Position numbers and translations under genes: made by a program
Assembly: GCF_001194135.2 (NCBI RefSeq)
Contig: NC_068999.1
Span: forward strand, 6,939,260 to 6,999,266
DNA from: Octopus bimaculoides
Lineage: Eukaryota
Reading direction: 5' to 3'
DNA length: 60,007 nucleotides
Part shown: piece by piece, positions 59,949 through 60,007 of the stretch
Position numbering within the stretch: position 1 is the first letter of the stretch
Layout: every line of letters begins with the position of its first letter
The notes under the pieces: generated by a model
The model's database searches: none
Told to the model about the DNA's origin: nothing
The model's input: the letters and a program-made list of their open reading frames with translations, nothing else

Positions 59949-60007
<59 letters not shown>

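Overview
AT-rich, repeat-dense eukaryotic genomic DNA with 7 assembly gaps. The SINE and MITE repertoire points to a coleoid cephalopod, most likely Octopus (inference). By manual exon stitching I can support six protein-coding genes: the 3' end of CCT8 (+), intronless MFAP1 (-), a four-exon DIPK2A/C3orf58-family gene (+), GNL2/NOG2 (-, 14 exons visible, one probably in a gap), a small three-exon CENP-W-like histone-fold gene (+, 83 aa, never shown as one ORF in the track), and the 3' half of LRRC34 (-). Non-obvious elements include three tandem box C/D snoRNA copies in one CCT8 intron with an invariant guide for 28S rRNA, several MITE families carrying (CCCTAA)/(TTAGGG) repeats with 8-9 bp target-site duplications, Penelope-type minimal hammerhead motifs with an atypical core, and fossils of Helitron, LTR, Penelope, RTE, Tx1 and Tc1 elements. 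An unexplained ~8.5 kb hierarchical degenerate tandem array lies between the DIPK2A-like gene and GNL2. All homology calls come from recalled family sequences; no searches were run.
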